A stretch of DNA of 32,409 bases from a bacterium. GTDB taxonomy: Bacteria > Babelota > Babeliae > Babelales > JAUWHS01. A program made the translations under genes and the position numbers. The DNA lies in contig JBDRFY010000006.1 in the NCBI GenBank assembly GCA_043818275.1, positions 1 to 32,409 on the forward strand. The letters run 5' to 3'. Under the pieces are notes generated by a model. That model searched no databases. It worked only from the letters and a program-made list of their open reading frames with translations, and was not told where the DNA came from. Below are positions 8,999 to 17,394 of the stretch, one piece after another. Numbering within the stretch: the stretch's first letter is position 1; each line of letters begins with the position of its first letter.

Positions 8999-10366
8999 AT
9001 GTTTCATCCAAAAGACCTATTACTAAAAATTGAAGAAAATATTGATTTTGTTTTAAAACAACATTCCGAAACAGGCAAAGAACTTTGGGAAGCGTTGCTT
9101 CATCAACATCCAGCCGATATTGCAACCTTAATAACCAGAATAAAACCCAAAAAGCAAGAGATTTTATTCAAAAAACTTTCTCAAAATTTAATGATTAATG
9201 TTTTTGCTGAACTTCCACTCAATATACAACTCTTTTTATTAAATAAGCTTGATACAGAACAAATCACATCAATTTTACAAAACATCCACACGGACAAATT
9301 AACGGAAATACTTGATGAATTACCAGACCAGGATTTTAAAAAATATTTAAGTCTGCTGCAAAAAAAACAACGTCACCAAATTATTTCTTTATTACACCTG
9401 AGCCCACATGCTGCCGGCCGCTTAATGAACAGTGAAGTTTTAACTTTAAATAAAGACTTAACAGTTAAGAGAAGTATCACCCTGCTGCAACGGTTATCTG
9501 CTCAAAAAGAGCTTTTAAGAAGAATTTATGTAACAACAAAAGATAATAAATTAGTAGGTTACATCAATCTGGATGATCTGGTTTTAAACAAACCTGATGA
9601 AACTTTAAATAAAATTTTACACCCAAACGAACTTTGTATTGATGTTCATGAAGATCAGGAATGGGTAGCCAAACAAATGCAACATTATGGATTAATATCG
9701 GTTCCTGTCATTGACAAACAACATCATTTTTTAGGTGTAATTACAGCAGATGATGTTTTTGATGTTATTACTGAAGAAAGCAGTGAAGATGTCTATAAAA
9801 TGTCTGCTGTTCCAACTATGGAATATACTTATTTTGAGACTCCCGTTTGGACTTTATTCTGGCAAAGAGGTATCTGGCTTGTAAGCTTGCTTTTATTGCA
9901 AACAATATCCAGTTTTATTATGTCTAATTTCAGTCAATTATTAGATGATAATGTTATTTTGACCTTTTTCTTAACCGCTTTAATTGGAACAGGCGGAAAC
10001 GCCGGAAATCAATCTTCTGCAATATTAATTCGTGGATTAGCCACAGGAGAAATTAATAAAAAAAATGGCTTATGGGCACTGCTAAGAGAAATGAGTGTTT
10101 CTTTTATTCTCTCAATATTATTAGTAATTGTGATGTTTTTTAGAGTTTATTTTTATCACCCAAATGTCTTTATAGCTATCGCTGTTAGCGCCACTCTATT
10201 TTTCATAGTCAACCTGGCAATTCTATTAGGATCTGCCCTACCTTTAATTTTTGAAAAATTAAATATCGATCCAGCTCATACCGCTGCGCCATTTTTAGCC
10301 ACATTGATGGACATTTTAGGCGTTTTAATATATTGTTTCATCGCAAGTAAAATTTTAGGCGCATAG
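8999..10366 (+). CDS. mgtE: Magnesium transporter MgtE
   Basis: HPADIA N-domain, CBS pair (AGRLM, LGVITADD), GGNAGNQ, and DPAHTAAPFLATLMD. Confidence 0.95.
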   Translation: MFHPKDLLLKIEENIDFVLKQHSETGKELWEALLHQHPADIATLITRIKPKKQEILFKKLSQNLMINVFAELPLNIQLFLLNKLDTEQITSILQNIHTDKLTEILDELPDQDFKKYLSLLQKKQRHQIISLLHLSPHAAGRLMNSEVLTLNKDLTVKRSITLLQRLSAQKELLRRIYVTTKDNKLVGYINLDDLVLNKPDETLNKILHPNELCIDVHEDQEWVAKQMQHYGLISVPVIDKQHHFLGVITADDVFDVITEESSEDVYKMSAVPTMEYTYFETPVWTLFWQRGIWLVSLLLLQTISSFIMSNFSQLLDDNVILTFFLTALIGTGGNAGNQSSAILIRGLATGEINKKNGLWALLREMSVSFILSILLVIVMFFRVYFYHPNVFIAIAVSATLFFIVNLAILLGSALPLIFEKLNIDPAHTAAPFLATLMDILGVLIYCFIASKILGA

Positions 10367-10400
10367 CAATATTTTACGGGAATCATGAAAGGGGGAAATC

Positions 10401-11096
10401 ATGAAAAAAATAATTCAAAAATTTTTTCTTTTTATTTCTTTGTTTTTTCTTTGCGATCAAGTTAATGGGATGAAAAGCATAGAGGAAGTTTTAGAATTAT
10501 TAAACGAGCTTGCCGGTAAAACAAAAATAGAAAATGAAGAAGAAAAATTTAAAAAAAATACTGATCCCATAAGAATAAGCAGAAAAAGAGTTAGTTTTAG
10601 CGGTGGAGATGAAAATCTGGAAACGCTTGTTAAACAAATTGTTCTTTTTAATAATTTAAATTTAGAAACGATTGAAAAATTTGAAAATAAATTTATGGAA
10701 ACTTTTTCTGATATAAATACAGCTAAAAATGCATTTGCTTATATGAAACTAGTTGTTGATAGCCATAATACTTTACTTTTAATGGATAAATTAGATTTAA
10801 ATATAAATGACCTGTCGAATGGTTTTTTCAAACTTGTATGGAGAATTAAGTGGGCAGAAGATAATAAAAAGCAAAAACTTGCAGATCACAGAAAAAGAAT
10901 TTTTAATACACTCATTACTTTTCTAACAGGAGTCACAGGTAAATTTAACGCCCCAGGATGGAAAATTATTCAATTACAGCAAGATGAACTTATAGAAATT
11001 GCAGAAATTATAGCAAAAATTCAAACATTTAATCCTGATTTGAAATGGCCAGAAGGCAGATTTGTAAACGGATTTCCTGTTTTCATGATAGAATAA
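10401..11096 (+). CDS. Hypothetical secreted protein
   Basis: Signal-peptide-like MKKIIQKFFLFISLFFLCDQVNG with an AAGGGGG RBS. No domain recognised. Confidence 0.75.
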   Translation: MKKIIQKFFLFISLFFLCDQVNGMKSIEEVLELLNELAGKTKIENEEEKFKKNTDPIRISRKRVSFSGGDENLETLVKQIVLFNNLNLETIEKFENKFMETFSDINTAKNAFAYMKLVVDSHNTLLLMDKLDLNINDLSNGFFKLVWRIKWAEDNKKQKLADHRKRIFNTLITFLTGVTGKFNAPGWKIIQLQQDELIEIAEIIAKIQTFNPDLKWPEGRFVNGFPVFMIE

Positions 11097-11156
11097 AATC
11101 TTTTATTAAAAAAAATTAAAAACTTTCATTTTTAAAGCTTTTTCACCGTTTTAAGC

Positions 11157-11185
11157 TTGACAACGAACGCTGCTTTCTGTAGATT
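11157..11185 (+). promoter_or_regulatory. Sigma70-type promoter for the tRNA operon
   Basis: TTGACA (11157-11162), a 17-nt spacer, then TAGATT (11180-11185), about 46 nt upstream of tRNA-Lys. Confidence 0.7.
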
Positions 11186-11231
11186 TTTATCTTATCATCA
11201 CATCAAAAAGTGTTTATATTGACTTTTTTGT

Positions 11232-11307
11232 GAGCCGCTAGCTCAGTCGGTAGAGCAACAGCCTTTTAAGCTGTGGGTCGCAGGTTCGATCCCTGCGCGG
11301 CTCACCA
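11232..11307 (+). tRNA. tRNA-Lys (anticodon TTT)
   Basis: Acceptor stem GAGCCGC/GCGGCTC, D-arm GCTCAGTCGGTAGAGC, anticodon stem ACAGC/GCTGT with loop CTTTTAA, T-arm GGTTCGATCC and encoded CCA. Confidence 0.97.
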
Positions 11308-11347
11308 TCCTGCGCACCGCGAATAGCGGCGCTTCGGATGGCAGGCC
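11305..11347. repeat. Palindromic element fused to the tRNA-Lys CCA end
   Basis: CCATCC-TGCGC-ACCGC-GAATA-GCGGC-GCTTC-GGATGG-CAGGCC. It aligns with the copy at 19305-19342. Confidence 0.8.
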
Positions 11348-11348
11348 A

Positions 11349-11411
11349 GTCATCTTCGCATGCTAAAACTTCAAAGAATATTCTGCGAAGTTTTAACGAG
11401 GTCGAAGGTGA
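11349..11411. repeat. Second GTCAT-initiated long hairpin in the tRNA spacer
   Basis: Outer stem TCATCTTCG/CGAAGGTGA, middle stem TAAAACTTC/GAAGTTTTA, inner AGAAT/ATTCT. Confidence 0.7.
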
Positions 11412-11430
11412 AAACAGATTGATATTTCGC

Positions 11431-11507
11431 GTCCCCATCGTCTAGCCCGGTCAGGACCCAGGATTTTCATTCCTGTAACAGGGGTTCGAATCCCCTTGGG
11501 GACGCCA
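11431..11507 (+). tRNA. tRNA-Glu (anticodon TTC)
   Basis: Acceptor stem GTCCCCA/TGGGGAC, anticodon stem CAGGA/TCCTG with loop TTTTCAT, T-arm GGTTCGAATCC and encoded CCA. Confidence 0.97.
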
Positions 11508-11601
11508 GTCATTTCTCAAAGCCAACCAGAAAACAATCTTTTCGGGTGTGATTTACTTAAATTAAAAAATTTAGTTTTTTGTATGAAATGACTGGCAGGC
11601 C
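11504..11601. repeat. Palindromic element fused to the tRNA-Glu CCA end
   Basis: GCCAGTCATTTC ... GAAATGACTGGC is a 12-bp perfect inverted repeat, followed by AGGCC. It has the same TGGCAGGCC tail as the tRNA-Lys element. Confidence 0.8.
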
Positions 11602-11652
11602 TCTCTTCTAAAATCATAATATTTATTGTCTAATTATACTTGCAGGAAAATC

Positions 11653-11898
11653 ATGTTTTATGTTTATTATCTAAGATCAGTAAGTTATCCAGAAAAAACA
11701 TATATTGGTTATACAAGTAATCTTAAACAAAGGTTTGCATATCATAATGCAGGAAAGTCTGTTTATACCGCTCAGTTTAAGCCGTGGAAAATTATTGGAT
11801 TTCTTGGATTTGATCAAGAAGTAAAAGCGATTAATTTTGAACGTCATTTAAAATCAAATGCCGGCCGAATATTTTTACGACGTTATTTTTGTGATTAA
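11653..11898 (+). CDS. Small standalone GIY-YIG nuclease (UPF0213/YhbQ-like)
   Basis: FYVYYL...TYIGYTSNLKQRFAYHNAG...YT...KPW...A..FE..LKS, with the catalytic Tyr, Arg, His and Glu present. ATG 11653 follows AGGA. Confidence 0.92.
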   Translation: MFYVYYLRSVSYPEKTYIGYTSNLKQRFAYHNAGKSVYTAQFKPWKIIGFLGFDQEVKAINFERHLKSNAGRIFLRRYFCD

Positions 11899-11915
11899 TG
11901 GAGTGTTAACTGTAA

Positions 11916-12020
11916 TTAATAGTGTTTTTGGGTTTTTCAGATAAACTTAAAGCAACCAGTTTTGAAAAATATTTAAAATCTGGTGCAGGAAGAGCCTTTG
12001 CATCAAAACATTTTTTGTGA
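11916..12020 (+). pseudogene. 3' remnant of a second GIY-YIG gene
   Basis: Translates LIVFLGFSDKLKATSFEKYLKSGAGRAFASKHFL*, which aligns ungapped with IIGFLGFDQEVKAINFERHLKSNAGRIFLRRYFC of the intact copy. The 5' half is absent. Confidence 0.85.
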
Positions 12021-12076
12021 TAATTTAATTTAAATTATTTATATTGCCTTAAATTTAATTAAATAAGGAAAAATGC

Positions 12077-12835
12077 ATGAAGATTATAAAAAATATTTTA
12101 CTGGTTGTAGGACTATTTTTAGGAGCTAGTATCAGTTTTGCATTTAGCGCCACGGCCAAAAAGACCGAAAACCCTAATGCTTGGGTGCCTACAGGTCCCA
12201 CTCGCGAAGATATCGAGGCAGGCAATTTCCGTTCTCACGATATGTTTGAAAAGAGGGATAGATGGAAGGAACTTAAAGTGGCCATTGAAAAAAACGATCT
12301 TACAAAAGTTAAAGATCTGATTGTCAAAGGCGTTGATCTTGAAGTTACAGATTATTTTGGTAACACTGCTCTAATGATGGCTGCAAAAAACGGTTATGCT
12401 GATATCGTCAGCGAACTCATAAACGCAGGGGCTGAAATTGGTACTGCTATGTATACGATGTATGCTAATGGTGAGACAGCGCTTTTTTATGCTTGCAACG
12501 GTGGCCATACTGAAACCGCAATAATTCTTATAAATAAAGGTGCTGCTAAAAAAGAGCAGAATTTAGAACACCTTTTTACATCTGCCATGGCTGAAGGCCA
12601 TCGTGAAACTGTAATAACTCTTATAAATAAAGGTGCTGCTAAAGACGAAAAGAATTTAGGAAGCCTTTTTACGTCTGCCGTATTTGAAGGCGATAATGAA
12701 ATGGTTAAAGCTCTTATTGACGGGGGTGCTATCTTTGATCGTTTTACCATACAAATTGCCTCGATGAGCCAAAAGTGCTCTGTTGAGATTATGGCTAAAA
12801 TCAATAACCTCCCTCCTGAATCTGTTTCCAATTAA
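12077..12835 (+). CDS. Secreted ankyrin-repeat protein
   Basis: Signal peptide (ASISFA) and ankyrin repeats GNTALMMAAKNGYADIVSELINAGA and GETALFYACNGGHTETAIILINKGA. It is visibly more GC-rich than the flanking genes. Confidence 0.9.
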   Translation: MKIIKNILLVVGLFLGASISFAFSATAKKTENPNAWVPTGPTREDIEAGNFRSHDMFEKRDRWKELKVAIEKNDLTKVKDLIVKGVDLEVTDYFGNTALMMAAKNGYADIVSELINAGAEIGTAMYTMYANGETALFYACNGGHTETAIILINKGAAKKEQNLEHLFTSAMAEGHRETVITLINKGAAKDEKNLGSLFTSAVFEGDNEMVKALIDGGAIFDRFTIQIASMSQKCSVEIMAKINNLPPESVSN

Positions 12836-12859
12836 AGGTTCACATACCTATTAGTTTGG

Positions 12860-12909
12860 GCCGTCATCCTATGCTCTTCGCTAAAGCTTGTAGCTACGGA
12901 TGACAAGCC
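12860..12909. repeat. GTCAT-type palindromic element
   Basis: GCC-GTCATCC-TATGCTCTTCGCTAAAGCTTGTAGCTAC-GGATGAC-AAGCC, with the same architecture and a similar tail as the tRNA-associated hairpins. Confidence 0.75.
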
Positions 12910-12920
12910 ATTATTCTCCA

Positions 12921-12980
12921 AGTTTTCAACTACTTAAATCAGAGTTTTTGCTAAAAACTTTTTTTGGTGATAATTTAACT
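12921..12980 (+). pseudogene. Highly decayed third GIY-YIG 3' end and leader module
   Basis: AGTTTTCAACTACTTAAATC-AGAGTTTTTGCTAAAAACTTTTTTTGGTGATAATTTAA aligns with 11958-12028 (AGTTTTGAAAAATATTTAAAATC...AGAGCCTTTGCATCAAAACATTTTTTGTGATAATTTAA), with a deletion of about 10 nt. Confidence 0.65.
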
Positions 12981-13026
12981 TTAATCGGTTTAATCATGTT
13001 AAATCCAAAAAATTTAGAGTAAAACC

Positions 13027-13230
13027 ATGACAAACAAATTTTTAGGAATCTTTCTGCTTCTCCTCGGTTTATCTTTTTTTATCCCGGCAGTATTCAGAAT
13101 CTTCATGAAATTAGCTGTTATTTTTTTAGGTCTGTTTTTAATTTACAAGGGATTGCAATTAGTAGGTGCTCATTCAGTTTTATTTCATGTTGACAGATTC
13201 ATTGATCGAATAATGACTTTATTTCAATAA
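13027..13230 (+). CDS. Small two-TM membrane protein
   Basis: 67 aa with two hydrophobic helices, and an apparent paralogue of 13357-13596. Confidence 0.75.
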   Translation: MTNKFLGIFLLLLGLSFFIPAVFRIFMKLAVIFLGLFLIYKGLQLVGAHSVLFHVDRFIDRIMTLFQ

Positions 13231-13356
13231 ATCTAATTTATTCTTCTATTTTTAACGTGTCTAAATATTATGTTGTATTTGTTCTGTCAGTTTTGCTACC
13301 TTATCTCTAGTTTTATGAAAATGTAATTATTTACTAAATCAAAAAAAGGAGTAACC

Positions 13357-13596
13357 ATGGCTGACATGGAAAAATTTAAAAACTGGGGAACAAACAATCT
13401 TACAGGAATTCTTGCAATAATAGCTGGACTAATTTTATTCATGATTACATACAAAATGATTTTAAGCATTTTGATTTTCTTTTTAGGAATAAGTCTAATT
13501 TATTTTGGATTACTAAAATTAAGAATCACCGTTATTACAAATTTTATTGATAAAGTGATTGCGAGTATCAAAAATTTTTATTCTTCTAATAGATAA
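13357..13596 (+). CDS. Small two-TM membrane protein
   Basis: 79 aa with an AAGGAG RBS. It shares the GI....GL..F...FLG..LIY.GL pattern with the upstream gene. Confidence 0.8.
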   Translation: MADMEKFKNWGTNNLTGILAIIAGLILFMITYKMILSILIFFLGISLIYFGLLKLRITVITNFIDKVIASIKNFYSSNR

Positions 13597-13601
13597 CAAA
13601 A

Positions 13602-13679
13602 AGATCCTGAATCAAGTACAGGATGACAAAGAAAAGTTGATTTTTCCTATTTTGTCATCCTGTACTTGATTCAGGATCT
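13602..13679. repeat. Perfect REP doublet (GTCATCCTG family), likely a bidirectional terminator
   Basis: 29-bp perfect inverted repeat AGATCCTGAATCAAGTACAGGATGACAAA (13602-13630) / 13651-13679 with a 20-nt spacer. Each arm is itself an imperfect hairpin, and the pair lies between convergent genes. Confidence 0.92.
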
Positions 13680-13714
13680 CTTTATTTAATCAAAATAAAA
13701 TTTCCAATATCTTC

Positions 13715-16700
13715 TTATTCTGATTCATCCATCTTTTTTATTTCTCTAGACAAACCTTTCTTGGAAGGATCACTATCAATTTCATCATCAAATTTAATAT
13801 CAATTGCTTTAGCAAAATGTGTGTTGCCTGTTTTAGAAAAACTAACAACTGTATGTGGAAATGGAATAACAATATTATTTTCTTTAAACACAGAAATGAT
13901 TGTAAATCTTAAATCACTTGCAATATCCCATTGATCTCTAACTTTTCTCGAACTGACAAATGCTCGCACAAAAAATTGAACCCCATTTTCCAAAAAATCT
14001 TCAAGGCGTACAGTAATTGCCGGAACTTTTAAAACCATTGGATGTTTTTGAATTGTTTCAAGTAAAAGTTCTTTTACTTTTACCGGATCAGCACCATAAC
14101 TAACCGTTACATTCATTTCAAATCCAACAGCAAATCTTCCCTGCCCCCAGTTAATTATCGGTTTATTTACCAGTTCCTTGTTCGGAATTATAATAGCAAA
14201 ATTTCTGGCGGTTCTGATAGTAGTTGCCCGGGCAGAAATCCTGTGTACCGTTCCCCTTATTTCATCAATTTCAATAAAATGACCAATTTCAACCGGACGC
14301 TCAATTAAAACAAAAAAGCCCGCTATAAAATCTGAAATCATATCTTTCAGTCCAAAACCGGCACCAAGCATCAGTAAACCACCGGAATACATAATAAAAC
14401 CTTCCAAATGAATTGCCGCAAAACCTAAAATTGTAACAAAAATTATTATGAAATAATGAGTGATTCTTGAAAGGGTATTTTGCGTTCCTGGCTCAGTTCT
14501 GAAAACATCAAATAATTTATTAAGAATAAATTTGTTGATCAGGGATGAAATCATAAAACCAAAAATTACATACGTGATAATAGTTATGAATTGAACCAGC
14601 CCTAACTTATTGCCACCTTCTCCAATTTTTATAACCCAGGTCTCAGAAAGCAGTCTCCACAAATCTTGCGGGGTATATCCTAAATTCCAGATTCTGGATA
14701 AAAAGAAAAAGGCTAAAAAAACCAAAAACAAAAAACTGGCAATTATGAAAAATCCATAATATGTTTTAGCGTATTCAAATTTATCATGTAATTCATCATC
14801 TTCTTCAGACAAGAAAAAATATAAAGAATATTTACGAATGTATGTATGAACAAAAAAGATTCCATATATAACAGCAATGGAAAGAGGTACAACGAAAGCT
14901 AGATACCATGCTAAATTTGAATATCCAATATAAGGATTTGAAATAATCAGCAAACCCATAAAAAAAATAAAAACGGGATAATAATGCGTATCTATTTGTT
15001 TTTTAATCCACATAAAAAACTTATTATCCGGAATCAGCCTTAGTACATCCTCTTTATTTACTGCAAATAATAAAACCAAAACTATAATTAAAATATAAGC
15101 CGCCATTAAAACATCCGGAAATTCCATTGATTCTGCGGAATAATTTAAAAAAGCTTTTCTTAACGGCAAAATAACAGCCGAAGAATAAAGAATTATGGCA
15201 GATAAAAATATAAATTGATTTTGAAACTTTTCTGCAAAAATTTCTAATCGTTCATTTAAATCTTTTAATTTTATCAATAAGTGTTTAGTTAAATAAATTA
15301 AAATCGGAATAGAAATAAGATGAAATGCTGCAAGAAAATAAGAATTAACAACAGGAACAATTGATGAAAAGATATATTTAAAATCAAAAGCTATATGCAG
15401 TAATATAAATAAGTAACCCCAAATAAGTTTTAAATGTTCAAGGCATATCTCAATTAACGTTTGAAGTAAATATAGAAAAGAAATATGTTTGATTTTTAAT
15501 AATTTATCTATTTTATTATGAGACCAAACCAACAATAATTTTAACAAGAGTAATGTAATAAAAAATAAAACAACAAATATTAGCAACCAAAAATAATTAA
15601 TCAATTTAAAAGTTTTTAAATTAGATATCAAAATAGTTGGGCTTAAATATTTATTTGTATCCCAAAAAATATTTTGAAAAAATGTTTCTGCGTCAAGAAG
15701 AGCTTTTTGCAAGTCTCTTAAAGAAATAGCTTTAGGTGACCTTTCCCAAATATTGGAAATAGTTAATTTTTCTTCAATATCTTTAATTAAAAAATTATAC
15801 TGATTTAAAATTTCATTTTGTTGTTTAGTTATCAACTCTTCATTAATTGTTAAATATTCCTGAATCATTTTTAATTGATTATTTAAATTACCTGTTGTCT
15901 TGGATAGATTTAATAAAATAGCGTGATAAGATTTAACAACCCCTTTAAAAATATCATCTTTCTTACTTCTTACATCTTCTTCCCTGGCTTTTACACTCTC
16001 TAAAAGTTTGTTAGTTTCCATTAAAGAATTAATGGCTGAAGCTTTCTTTTGTGTAAGATTTTTTTTATAATTTAATGCTATTTCTCTTTGATTTTTAAAT
16101 TCTCTTATTTTATCTTGTAAATCTATTTCTTTTTTTCCAAATTTGTATCTGACATCTAAAATCTCATACTGAATTTTTTTAAGGTTTTCAATTAAATCCA
16201 ACTGATCTTTTTTAACATCTATTAAATGCAAATTAGAATCCAACAACGATATTGAAGATTTAATACTTTGAATATTAGATTCTAAAAGATATATTTGCTC
16301 CTTATCTTGTTGATCCTGATCAACTTCTTTTAGTTTTCTTAATTCTGTTTTTAAAGTATCTAATTCTGAATATAATGTATCTCTTTCTAATTTTTGTTTA
16401 TCTCTTTGCTTATTTAAACCTTCTTTTATTTGAAGATTTTTTTGCACCTCATTTTGCCACTCTGACCTGGCACTCTCAATATCATACGGTTCTAATTTTA
16501 AAAGTTCTTTTATATCTTTAAATTCATTTTTTAAAATATTTAAATATGATTGTTTATATTCTACTTCATCATCTTTATATTGAATTTCAAAATCAAATTT
16601 TTCTAATAATAAATTTGAAGATTCTATTTTTTCTTTTAAAAGATTTATTTCCTCTGAAATTATTTCTAATTTAAGCTTTAAAATTCTTAATGATTCTTCT

Positions 16701-17374
16701 GATTCTTTTTCTGAATGTATTTTTATTTTATTTGCAATTTCATCACTCTGGGTTACTTTTGAATCTTTTTGTTTTTGCAAAGAATAAAGATTTTCCTTTT
16801 CTGCAATTTTCTGTTTTTTCAGTTCTTCCTGTTGACTTTTTTCTGTATCAATTTTTGCAATTAATTCATATATTTCAGTTTGGGATTTTTGCAATTCTTT
16901 CCAGGTAAAAACAGGCTTCTTTCCTTCTTCTCTCTCTTTTTTCTTCTCTTCGAATAAAATTATCGTTTCTATTTGTTTTAAGTCTTTTTTTATTATTTCT
17001 TCTGTTGATTTCCATAATTCCTGATAATTAATTAAATTTTGTTTTCTGTCACTCAATACTGAAATTTTTTTATTTAACAATTCCTTTTCATCAGAATCAG
17101 CAGTTTCTCTTAATTCTTTTTTTGTTTCATTAATTAAAAAATCTATTTTTTTAATTAGCTGAGAAGAATCTTTATTTGTATCATCCTTTTTCTTTTGAAA
17201 CTTAACTAATTTTTTATCTAGATCTTCAAATTGTTTCTTTTTTGCTTCAATGGTACCAACAAATGGAATTGGAACTGTTGCACCACCTGTAAAAGTTTCT
17301 AACGAGATATCTGAATTCGCAACAGGTACAACAAAAAAGAAAAAAAGCATTATTTGTAAAAATTTATTTCTCAT
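13715..17374 (-). CDS. Large MscS-family mechanosensitive channel (MscK/KefA-like)
   Basis: Signal peptide, about 550-aa coiled-coil region, many TMs, and a C-terminal MscS core (GAGFGLKDMISDFIAG, ERPVEIGHFIEI, IIIPNKEL, V.VSYGAD, IPFPH). Confidence 0.9.
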   Translation of the reverse strand: MRNKFLQIMLFFFFVVPVANSDISLETFTGGATVPIPFVGTIEAKKKQFEDLDKKLVKFQKKKDDTNKDSSQLIKKIDFLINETKKELRETADSDEKELLNKKISVLSDRKQNLINYQELWKSTEEIIKKDLKQIETIILFEEKKKEREEGKKPVFTWKELQKSQTEIYELIAKIDTEKSQQEELKKQKIAEKENLYSLQKQKDSKVTQSDEIANKIKIHSEKESEESLRILKLKLEIISEEINLLKEKIESSNLLLEKFDFEIQYKDDEVEYKQSYLNILKNEFKDIKELLKLEPYDIESARSEWQNEVQKNLQIKEGLNKQRDKQKLERDTLYSELDTLKTELRKLKEVDQDQQDKEQIYLLESNIQSIKSSISLLDSNLHLIDVKKDQLDLIENLKKIQYEILDVRYKFGKKEIDLQDKIREFKNQREIALNYKKNLTQKKASAINSLMETNKLLESVKAREEDVRSKKDDIFKGVVKSYHAILLNLSKTTGNLNNQLKMIQEYLTINEELITKQQNEILNQYNFLIKDIEEKLTISNIWERSPKAISLRDLQKALLDAETFFQNIFWDTNKYLSPTILISNLKTFKLINYFWLLIFVVLFFITLLLLKLLLVWSHNKIDKLLKIKHISFLYLLQTLIEICLEHLKLIWGYLFILLHIAFDFKYIFSSIVPVVNSYFLAAFHLISIPILIYLTKHLLIKLKDLNERLEIFAEKFQNQFIFLSAIILYSSAVILPLRKAFLNYSAESMEFPDVLMAAYILIIVLVLLFAVNKEDVLRLIPDNKFFMWIKKQIDTHYYPVFIFFMGLLIISNPYIGYSNLAWYLAFVVPLSIAVIYGIFFVHTYIRKYSLYFFLSEEDDELHDKFEYAKTYYGFFIIASFLFLVFLAFFFLSRIWNLGYTPQDLWRLLSETWVIKIGEGGNKLGLVQFITIITYVIFGFMISSLINKFILNKLFDVFRTEPGTQNTLSRITHYFIIIFVTILGFAAIHLEGFIMYSGGLLMLGAGFGLKDMISDFIAGFFVLIERPVEIGHFIEIDEIRGTVHRISARATTIRTARNFAIIIPNKELVNKPIINWGQGRFAVGFEMNVTVSYGADPVKVKELLLETIQKHPMVLKVPAITVRLEDFLENGVQFFVRAFVSSRKVRDQWDIASDLRFTIISVFKENNIVIPFPHTVVSFSKTGNTHFAKAIDIKFDDEIDSDPSKKGLSREIKKMDESE

Positions 17375-17394
17375 TTCTATCCTATTCTTTTTAA

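Noticed and set aside
11238..11438. 66-aa minus-strand ORF
   Set aside because: It is an antisense shadow of tRNA-Lys and the GC-rich hairpins.
11232..13679. Classical integrase-type genomic island or prophage at the tRNAs
   Set aside because: There is no integrase, no phage gene and no duplicated tRNA 3' end acting as an att site.
15700..17300. SMC-like or tape-measure-like coiled coil
   Set aside because: It is continuous with the MscS domain and is explained as the MscK-type periplasmic region.
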